This document shows, piece by piece, positions 23,652 to 33,982 of a stretch of 64,000 bases of DNA. The position numbers were made by a program, and so were the translations under genes. Position 1 is the first letter of the stretch, and every line of letters begins with the position of its first letter. The DNA lies in NCBI RefSeq assembly GCF_964355755.1, contig NC_092679.1, positions 6,416,201 through 6,480,200 on the forward strand. The letters are read 5' to 3'. The notes beneath the pieces were generated by a model that searched no databases, was not told the origin of the DNA, and worked only from the letters and a program-made list of their open reading frames with translations. Source of the stretch: Antedon mediterranea. Taxonomy: Eukaryota; Animalia; Echinodermata.

Positions 23652-23864
23652 ATAAATGAGATCACAATGATTATCCTTTTGAAAGCAAAAATAATAATGA
23701 TAATAATAATAATAGAAGTACATAAGTACATCTCTCAGTGAAGAGAAAAGAGCGTAAAAGTGTTTCCACAACGAGACTCCATCTCAGGCAGAAATAAATC
23801 ATGAATAAATAATTCATGAGATTTATATTTATGGCATAAATTGGGCCTAACAATAAAACGCTTA

Positions 23865-24027
23865 TAGTTGGGGAGCCAGAAAGGGTTTACGTGCACCCTC
23901 TAGCAAACTATGTTAACAATGAAAAGCGAACATCATTCCTGGAGAGTACGCGAAACGCGAACGGACGTTGTCAGCGCACTATAGTTTGCTAGAGGGTGCA
24001 CGTAAACTCTTTCTGGCTCCCCAACTA
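23865..24027. mobile_element. 163-bp Academ-like MITE (~46-bp TIRs, 3-bp TSD TTA)
   Basis: TIR TAGTTGGGGAGCCAGAAAGRGTTTACGTGCACCCTCTAGCAAACTAT at both ends. TTA at 23862-23864 and 24028-24030. Confidence 0.85.
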
Positions 24028-24299
24028 TTATTAAGCAACAAAAAGCTGCTGTCATGAATAGCTGAATAACTAATCGTGCATGCTTACTTTCTTTTTTTAA
24101 TGAATAGATCAAGGTCAATATTACAAAGAAAAACAATATTAGACCAAGTAGGTCAACAACAAAAAAATTGGCATTCTATATGAAGTTTCTATAAGATACT
24201 ATACAAAAGGACAGTAAGTAGAGATTACGAATAGAGTCACTAGATTCATTTGTATTATATATCCAAACGAATGGGATTGACACGACTTCAGTTTATAAA

Positions 24300-27200
24300 A
24301 TGAGGCGATATTTTGTAGCAGTATTGTGCTGTTTTGTCTTCATTTGTACTTATTGTGTACGAATAAATATCAATATTGCCATCATACACATGGTAGGACC
24401 GCTAAACTCCACAGAGGAACAGAAACCAAACACAAATGTGTCTACGATTCCAAGTAACAACTCAAAAGGCAACTCCGTAAGCCATCTTAACCTTTTGTTC
24501 TCCGACGATCTACCACAAACTACGGTGACAGAAAAACGCTTGGTTTCCACTTTGTTGCAACGCATCAACGCAGGCGCAAAGTACGCAAGTTATATTATAT
24601 TGACCAATGACAATTATGTATCGCGTCGTCGTGATTGGCCAAGTTGCAGCAGTGCGCTGACAACGTCCGTTCGCGTTTTGCGTACTCTCCAGGAATGATG
24701 ATGATCGCTTTTCAGTTGTGAACTACGTAGACGCATTACACTACGCTAATGTGGCATAATAGGGATATTTCGTGACTGTGGCGTAGGAGCCTTGCTTGTT
24801 TCCCACTTGGATGACGAAGACAAACGCAAGTTGACCAATCACAAATAACTAACTGAGTTATTCGATAGATTTTGTCAAAGTTTGCTCCTTTTTCTGTAAA
24901 TCCGTTTCGTATTCTAGCGTCGTGAGTTTTGTGACGTCAATTTACAAAACTGGATTCATATGTATTTGTCAACAAGCCATGTAAAACCTTTTTAAACTAG
25001 ATTTTTTTTTTTTAATAAAATATTTGTGCGTAGATAGGCATAGGCCTAGTCTTTCGCTATGTTTGTTACTACGTTGTACGGGCAACAAATTCAACGTTGA
25101 CTGACGTAATAATTTATTTATTTAAGTATATTTTTGTTTTTATGCTACTTTTGTTTTCTAGATACCACTGTATGATTGGGACGATACAACACAACAGTAT
25201 ATACTTGGATCATTTTATTACGGTTATACATTAGGCGGAATTCCGGGAGGTTGGTTTATCGGTAAAACTGGCGGGAAACCAGCAATTGCAACTGCTCTTC
25301 TCTTGGAAGCCGTATTAGCATCGTTGGTTCCCTGGGCTTCAGGCGTAGGCAGCATTTTTCTCATTATCCTGCGAGTTTTAGAAGGTGTAACACAGGTTAG
25401 TTTTGTAACGATTTTAACAAATAACATAGTGCCTAAATACATTTAAGGAGTCATTTTTAAAATGATCGCCTGGTAGGGCTTATGGTTTTTGCAACAATAA
25501 GGATGACGGTTTCATCATCTTATATTTTTTCACTCGCGTACCATCTAGGTCGTGCCCACATATGGTTCTCGAATACATAGAATTCCAGTGTAAAATATCT
25601 GGCGATTTCAAATGTACGTTGTTTACAGAAACGAATAAATAGACACGATGATTTATGTAGTCAACTAAAATTAGCACGCTGAGAATTATTTCCGAAAGAG
25701 AAACTTGTCACAAAAATGTGTCCAAATATTTGATGTGGACTCATTTAAACAAACTCAATTTGTGTTTTGAATGTAACATTAGGGTTGAGGGATGGGTACA
25801 AAGAGGAACAATGTTTAAATATATTCTTTATCCACTCAGTAACGAAATTTGTTTTCATGTTTTATAGGCCTATAAATAATATACCACTCAATAGAGTAAA
25901 ACATTTCCGATTTAATACTTTGTTTAAACTGTCACTGTCATAGTCCTTAGAAATAGTAAAGTACATAACGATACACCACTACAACGTTTATATTTTTTGT
26001 AAATATTAATTAATACAAACGTTTAGAAGCAACTGTCAAAATAAATTGTATTTGTATATCATGTGTTTATATATATAACAGTAGAGCCTACCCACACTCA
26101 CAGTAATACAGTTTATTTGTATATGTGTTTATATATCTTACAGTAGAGCCTACCCACACTCACAGTAATACAGTTTTTTTATGTGTTTATATATCTTACT
26201 GTACCCACACTCGATTCAAATGTCGACCAAAAATGGTTAATACGTATTTAAAGTATTTTTTCAAGTATTGCAATACTATATCTAAAGGTTTTAAGTTTAT
26301 CTCCAAGGGCCCATAAATTGACCTACTTGTGTTAAACCAAAAAATTCTACTTTGTTGGGAGACTGGAAAGTTCCATTCATCGCAAATCAATACATTTGTA
26401 TAAACGTATATTAAATCTATCAAAATAGTATATTATATATTTTTTATTTTTATAAATCCAAAGGCAAATTACTGAAAAAATGACAATGCTGTGGGTATCA
26501 GTGGCTGGATCTCAATGGAGATACAAAAAAAAGAAGCGAAAAGCTAAATCAAAACGATAAGTAAAACAGCCAGAAAAGTTAGCAGAGCTTTCGGGTAACA
26601 CTAGCCCTTCATCAGTGCAAGTGTTTTTTTTATTGTTATAAATATATATTTATAAGAAAATCGGCCTGTTTTCAACATTATGTTGCTGTACTCGAGCTGT
26701 TCAACCGATTTTCAGCTATCAAAAACAATTAACGTAGGTGGAGATAGGTAAATGCGAGGTATCCTCGTATTATTGTGTGCGGGTATTTTTCAAGATGGAC
26801 ATCCATTGGACAGTATATACCACAATCAGAAAACACCCCCTATTTGGGGCAAATCGTTCGACCTAAATTCGTTTTAATTGTCAATAACTAATTATCTAAC
26901 TCAAATTAAATAGTAAACAGGGTTGTATCAGGTGGTTAAAATCAGTACCGAAAGTACGAACCAACTTTATATACCATCGAGTAAACATAGAAATAACACG
27001 CGATTTACCGAAGTTATAATTATATAAATCCAAGTGCAAATTACTAAAAAATGACAATGCTGTAGGTATAGTGGCTAGATCTAAATGGAGATACAAATAT
27101 AATCATGTTTATATTGTTATATATAAATCCGAAACAAATTACTGAAAAATGTCATTGTGGGTATCAGTGGCGGCTGATACTGTTTAATGTTTGTCTTTCT

Positions 27201-30200
27201 TTCAGGCACTGGTTTTCTCAGCGTTCTATGTCACTGTAAGAAAATGGATTGTTCCGCAAGAACGAAGTACATTGATATCTATTGGTATTTCTGGTAATAG
27301 TTTCAAACTTCTCAGTTTAACGATTGCATGGATTGGGGTAGACTAGATTGTGCCAGACTGGATTGGGCCAGACTGGATTGGGCCAGACTGGATTAGGCCA
27401 GACTGGATTGGGCCAGACTGGATTTAGGCCAGACTGGATTGGGCCAGACTGGATTGGGCCAGACTGGATTTGGCAAATTAAGTGCTAATCATAGCTATCT
27501 TTTTATCATCTCTGTTGTATTTTGCTTCTAATTCTATCCTATTCTCATGCGAAGTTAGGTATTGCGGAAACAATTAGAGACATTGCTTCGTGTAAGTGAC
27601 ACAGAAGTCATGAGAACTATTATCATTGTTGTCAGAAAACCTTTCACAATAGAGGTTCTTTGGTCAAAATCCACATAACTTTCCATGTTTTTGTATTTCT
27701 TTGTATAGGTTCGTCAATAGCTGATGCTATCTGGTATCCTTTATCTTCATGGATTTGTAACAGTTCCGCTGGATGGCCTATGTCATTTTATACTTGCAGT
27801 AAATTATATTACCTTTAAGCTCTGTCAACACTACCAAACTAGTTTGACAAAAAAGTGTTATGTGCCCAAATGTGGTAGTGGTATGCCCAAATATGGTGGT
27901 GATATGACATCATCATATCCATATATGGGCACATGGGCGCATTTTTTGTCACATATATTTTTATAGTGTAGACAGAGCTTATAATAGTAATTAAAACTAG
28001 CTTAGAGGACACTGTTTTCAGTTTTTATTAGATTTATAAAAAATAAATAATATCATACAGAATCAAGGAAGGGTCAATAACCTTTATGAACTATAAACAA
28101 AAATTAATCACAAACGATGTTGGACTTTTACTAACTCTGAATGTTGTTAAAAACAACTTTGAGACATTACTGAAAGAAACACACCTAATATCGTAATACA
28201 ATTCAAAATTTCTTAATTTAAGGGGTCATTTAAATTGTTCCTCTCAATTATGATCATTGCAGACTACCGTACCGTAGGCCTATACATTCATCAACCTAAA
28301 TTACTACTTTACTTAAATGTCACCTTTCTCTCTCTCGTTATTAGGTGCATTTAGTGTTATTGTGTTGATAGTATTTATGCTATTTGTCTATGACGATCCC
28401 GAGGAAGATCCTTTTATTTCAAATGATGAACTTACGTTTTTAAAGAGTTTTCATGAAACAAACAATGATAAGGTAAGGCTGTACCACGTGACACTCGGGT
28501 GCTAACCTTATTGGTCATAGTTAAGGTCCGTCTGTTCACAGGGAAGTAAAAGCTCTAAAGCTCTGTCTACACTATTAAACTAGTTTGACAAAAAAGCGCG
28601 ATGTGCCCAAATATGGTAGGTGATGACGTTAAAGTCTAATTTGTGTGTGCTCCACCCATATGTTTCTTACCTTTCATACCTGTAAAACGGTCACACACAA
28701 ACGCAAATTAAATTGTAATGCGCAGTTGTGTAAATAAATTTCATAAACTCCATATTGTTTTATCTTTGCTCAGGATACAAAATCTGTTTCACTTTGTGAT
28801 CTGGTGACGTCATCAGCTGTGTGGTCAATAATAATTGGTTTCACGGTATATACTTTAACTTTTTCTTTCATCCTCACTGAAGTACCTGTTTTTTCTTCTT
28901 TGATATTACGAATTGATAGAAAATACGTAAGTATGATCCATTAAGAGTGGTTCCCACTAGAAACGCAACGCAATGACGTAGACCCAACTCAAGCGAGTTG
29001 ACCAATGACGAGCGATTTCGAATAATCCATTGCTTGATTGGTTAAAATCATGATGGTTAAAAAACTTACATATCGCTTACTACGTCCTTGAGTTGTGTTA
29101 TGACCAAAAATAATACTGCATTCAATTGCCGCAATCATATTATAACAAACTAGCACATTTTAGATTTTTTAAATAAGTTTCTAAAAGTAGATTTTTTGCA
29201 AGTGAATCCAATTGACCGATATTGACTTTTTTGTCGAAGTAGTTCAATACTAAAGCTTGGTTCCCACTAGCAACGCAACGTAACGCAACCTACGCAACGT
29301 AAGAAAATGCCCTTCCAATAAAGCGTGGTTCCCACTAGCGACGCAACGCAAGGACGTAACGCAACGCAAGTGAATTGACTAATCACAAGCGATGGCTTAT
29401 TCGCTTGTGATTGTTAACTGTCTATAACTTCGCTTGTCATTGGTTAAAACGCTTGCGTTGCGTTTACGTTCCTTGCGTTACGTTCTAGTGGGAACCAAGC
29501 TTAACTGTGCCTGCGTGAAATCAAACCTGCGATGTTTCCAGGTTGCATTGCATCGTCGGTCCACTTGTGATTACGCAATACATCACTTTGCGCCGATACG
29601 TCGCTGCGTTACGTTGCGTTCTAGTGGGAACCACGCTTTACGTTGTCTCATGTAACGACTTGTGTTTAAAATAGCCTACAATCATTAGAAATTGTTAACA
29701 TTCAGTAGGTTACTCTTTTCAAGTATTATAATAATAATATGTTTGTAAAAATATTTTATACTATGACAATGTGTTTTGCTGTTGTAGGTCGGTCTTATAA
29801 TGGCAATTCCAGCTATTATAGAAAGTGCTGTTTCTATTCTGTCTGGAATATATGCTGACGTTATCATTCAACGCCACTACTTCAGTGTTATTAATACTAG
29901 GAAGTTCTTTATAATGATAAGTAAGATACGGTATATTATCTTTATCTATACCAAGTCGATAATCGTCTGTTCAGAAGGCCGGTATTTAAAACGTTGTTCT
30001 TATATTCATACATCATTTCTTTTCTTATAGCTCTGTCTACACCATCAAACTTTAAGCTTGGTTCCCACTAGCGACGCAAAATAACGCAACCTACGCAATG
30101 TAAGAAAATGCCCTTACAATAATTGAGTTTCCCCCCGCCTGCTATGTTTGCAGCATTGTTGCGTCGTCGGTTCCCACGTGTGATTATGCAATACAGTAAT

Positions 30201-31427
30201 TTGCGTCAATACGTCGTTGCGTTGCGTCCTAGGGAACACCACGCTTTTTGTGACAAATACTGTATGTAATTTGAACAATTATGGTAGTAATATGACGTCA
30301 TCGTGTCCATATATAGGCACATCACGCTTTTGGTCACATACCATTTGATAGTGTAGACAGAGCTTAAGACAAAATGGATTTTTTGCCTCAAAATGTTGTC
30401 AACAAAAAGGAAAATGATTCAAACCGTCATTATTAAGTAATAATAAACCATTATAAACAATCAATATGTCAATAACCCGACCCACATCCTGGTTTTACCC
30501 ATAGAGTATGCCTCGAATATTTTCTTTTTCTTTTTTTAAATCCAATAAGCGATTGAAATTATATCTATACATTCTTTTTTTGTAGCCCTGGGAATACCTG
30601 CCTTGTGCATGTCTTGTATTGGTTTCTTTGAACACAGTGCGATAGTGACAATGACACTTCTTACATTGTCGTTTGGTTGTCTTGGATGCTATGCACCAGG
30701 TGTAATGGCAAACGTTATAGAAGTATCAAAAGAAAGGTCGGCAGTGATCATGGGAATATCGATATCTGTAGGAAATGGTGTTGTTATGATTATTCTAATC
30801 TCGCTTGGAATATTGATAAAAGACGATGTAAGCATGGAGGAGCTATAAAATTAATTTTAATTATTAAAACAAAAGCGTGGTTCCCACTAGCGACGCAACG
30901 TAACACAATCTAGACATGGAGGGTTTTTCCTCTATGATCTAGGCAACGTAAGAAAATGCCCTTCCAATCATTGTGTTTGCCCCCGCCTACGTGAAATCAA
31001 ACCTGCGATTTTTGCAGCACTGTTGTGTTGTCGGATTCCACTTGCGATTACGCAATACATCACTTTGCCTCGATACGTCGCTAGCGAGAACCACGCTTTA
31101 CGTTGCGTTGCGTTCTAGTGGGAACCACGCTTTATACCTCTTGTTTTATTTCTTTTATTCCTGTCCACTCAGGCAGCGCTTGGCAAGGATGGCAAGGCAC
31201 ATTAAAAAAATATATATATATAATTTAAAACGTTTGATTTATATCTTCTATTTATTTGTTTACAGAATACAGTCAGTCAATGGTCTTTGATGTTTAGAAT
31301 AATTGCTGCAATCAATCTATTTGGAATGATTTTCTTTCTAATATTTGCAAAAGCAGAACAACTAACCAAATCAGATGGAAATATTACAAAGCAAGAGATG
31401 AAATCTTATAAAACTATAAAGGATTGA
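24300..31427 (+). CDS. Sialin/SLC17-like MFS anion transporter, paralog C, intact, 9 coding exons, 468 aa
   Basis: Exons 24300-24476, 25162-25395, 27206-27293, 27709-27798, 28345-28472, 28774-28926, 29788-29920, 30586-30827, 31266-31427 (1407 nt, all GT-AG, open frame). SLC17 motifs YCVRININIAI, YDWD...ILGSFYYGY..IPGG, RVLEG, W.VPQERS, GWPMSFY, VYDDP...IS.DE, TRKFF. Confidence 0.92.
26451..26625 (-). mobile_element. Penelope-like element (PLE) terminal-repeat fragment
   Basis: Interrupts the Helitron copy relative to 15241-15290 and carries a minimal hammerhead. Shorter copies of its 3' end at ~27022-27097 and ~27122-27172. Confidence 0.65.
26582..26618 (-). ncRNA. Minimal type I hammerhead ribozyme motif
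   Basis: Minus strand reads GCA-CTGATGA-A-GGG-CTAGTGTTA-CCC-GAAA-GCT-C-TGC: conserved core boxes, GGG/CCC stem II, palindromic AGCT stem III, CUC cleavage triplet, GCA/TGC stem I. Confidence 0.8.
27330..27474. repeat. 15-bp minisatellite (GGGCCAGACTGGATT)n in intron 3 of paralog C
   Basis: About 8-9 tandem units, degenerate at the edges. Confidence 0.95.
29254..29637. mobile_element. Harbinger-type MITE (TIR AGC[T/G]TGGTTCCCACTAG) with a second same-TIR MITE nested at 29322-29501
   Basis: The inner element is flanked by TAA/TAA. Related copies at ~24538, ~24795, ~28945-29100, ~30055-30246 (nested in the TCTACAC MITE), ~30873-31131 and ~49680-49790. Confidence 0.85.
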
Positions 31428-32035
31428 AACTATTAATATTATTGTGATGATCAACTAAATTTGGTGCAAGATTGGTTTAAAAAAAACACATAAATTCGGT
31501 AGTAAGATGTGCTTTTTAATCTCTTTTTTTTTTCAAAACTCGAAAAAATCCTGAAGTTTGAGCAATATAATAATAATCAAGGACTTTATTTACGAGTATT
31601 ACTTACGCACTAAAGAAAAACACACCTATAACAAACAGTATGTAAAAGTAAGTCAGACCGGATTCTCTCTTGTATTCGTTTTGATTAATGGTGATTTTGG
31701 TTTTAAAAAAAATCTTTTTTTTGGTGACACCATTTTATCATTATCATTTTATATTGTTTAAGATTATTGTATTAATCAGTAACATATTTTTAAAAAAATA
31801 GAAGACAAAAAAAATAGGGGGACAATATATCTTTAAACAAATTTTGACACAAAGAAAAATGTTAAGTTTTCTTGTGTTACTCTTTGTGTGTGCGTCTTGT
31901 ATGTCAAAAAGTTTTCAGCCAACAGAGGGCGGCATAAATATTTTTAGATTTTTGTTTTCAAAATTAAATTATTCCTCCGTCATCGTGGTGTGTGTCGTGT
32001 GTGTGGAGATCATATCGAAATCGGAGAGAGTGCTA

Positions 32036-32455
32036 GTAGGCCTAGGTTTACTACTGGGCATCCGGCCATTTGTTTGCACCTGTTTTACAACCTTCATAAC
32101 GGTTTATTTTCAGTCAGATTTGAGGTAAAATACATTTTTTAACCTAGCTAGACTATAGGTAAGGCCTAGCTAATAAAGGTCTACTAGGCCTAGAGCCTAG
32201 GCTAGGCCTAGCTAGCCTAGCTAGTAGGGCCTGCTGCGGGATGCTAGGCCTAGTTTAGGCCTACCTAGGCCTACTACTACTAGACCTAGGCTACCCTAGG
32301 CCTAGCTAGGCGGCCTAATTAATAAACCCCAACTTCACCAACCAAGTTAGGCCCAAACCAGGTCTAGGCCTAGCCTATGTCTAGGCAGTATTATAATATA
32401 ATAATATACACAAATATTGTAATATATTAATGCCTAGGCCTAGCTAGGCTAGTGG
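32036..32455. repeat. Low-complexity tract of TAGGCCTA/CTAG palindromes upstream of the SRD5A coding exons
   Basis: Dense GGCCTAG/CTAGGCC/GCTAGC repeats. Similar tracts at ~38870-39060, ~40510-40720 and ~42810-42900. Confidence 0.7.
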
Positions 32456-33982
32456 TGGCCCTCTTTTCTTTCTCTCTCGGGCCTCCGACCCTCGTAACCT
32501 AACTAAAAATACATCCCTCTAGGAAAATAGTGAGAAAAGACGATGGTCAATAAAATGGTGAGTTAACAAAAACAAATACCAACATTACAATGAGTTTGGG
32601 AACCCTAGCATAACGCTACACCATTGCATCCTTATTTAAATAACGAAAATAATAATAATGTATTTAAACATAGTTGGTCTACTTGAACTGTTTACATCCC
32701 TGGAATTATCACGCCACTTGCCATGCTTGCACCATGCCATGTCATTATCCGTCAAGTGTACACAGTTAAAAGATAAGGCTTTATAATTATTAGGCATTTG
32801 TTTATTTAAAGTCAATATACCAATACCAACAGCTGTATGTGCCTACAGTAGGCCTAGAAAGTAATTGGTTTTTTTTTTTTTTTTTTAAACGTCAAATAAT
32901 TAGTCACAAATTCCAAGTTTCCATGTCTAATCAAGCTATTTGTATATTGAATACAATAAAATTACTAGGTATGTACACTGAATAACAAATTTGTTTTTTC
33001 TTCTAAATATTCATTTTAAATAGTCAAAATTGTCACAATTTAATAACCCTAATATCTCTTTAATCCTAATTCTTTAATCCTATTGTTTTTAATCCTAATT
33101 CATTGATCTTAATATTTCTCGAATCCCAATATTTCTTGAATCCTAATATTATTATTATATTATTCAAGTGTTACATGTCGGAAAGTGGTTAATTACAAAC
33201 TATTTGTTTCAAAGCTCCAAATGTATACTTGGGTCATGCCCTAAAAATTTGAGGAAATTTGAAACATTTTAGAACTTGATGTTATAGGAAATTTAAAGTA
33301 ATAAATTATAGTTTATACACAGCACAAGTACTTTCTTTTAACTAAGGATGTGGTATATAAATGTGGGTAGATTTCAGAGTAACAGAAGTGTTAGGATGAA
33401 TGGTATATTGTTTCTACAGGTAATTAAAAAGTAGAATAATGTTACAGTGAGTAGAATGTTACTGGTAGTATCAATTGATATGGTGAAGACAGACATCAAG
33501 ATAGATTACTGAACACCACCTCAAGTTAATATTTTATTTAAAATAGATTAATCATTCTGTTTAAATACTTACTGGTTCCTTTACATTCTACACAAGATCA
33601 CCTGATATCAGGTGATTATATTTCATTCAATTATTCATTATTGTTTGTTTAACAATAGAATTTCTTTCATACTACCACAGATACTTAGTTATAATAGGTT
33701 GCCAGATCATATACAGTACTGTAGGGTATGACCAAGTTATAATTCCTTGCATTTGTTTAGTCTAACCCCCTAACAGTAGGCTGAATTCTGACATAAGATT
33801 TTAATAAATTCCATTGTTAATGCAATCTGTGTATAATCCCACCCCTAATTTTGTATAATCCCATCTCCTATTATTTTTCCCATATTTTATACCCAGGCCA
33901 TATAGTACAGTGCTCCTTGATTTGACCAAGCATAAACATTTATCAATTTTTCATTCACAGAGACAACTATCTAAGAGTAATT

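Larger units (their letters stand above)
25533..27012 (-). mobile_element. Second, older copy of the same Helitron family, antisense in intron 2 of paralog C
   Basis: Reverse-complement match to 14869-16078 (e.g. CTCGCGTACCATCTAGGTCGT, CAGTACCGAAAGTACGAACCAACTTT). Both termini are eroded. Contains a ~62-bp tandem repeat (26060-26210) and a Penelope-type insert. Confidence 0.85.

Noticed and set aside
24477-24698. C-terminal extension of the 132-aa ORF 24300-24698, sharing SALTTSVRV.RTLQE with minus ORF 23933-24136
   Set aside because: Read-through past the exon-1 donor at 24476 into repeats. The shared peptide only reflects the inverted DNA duplication.
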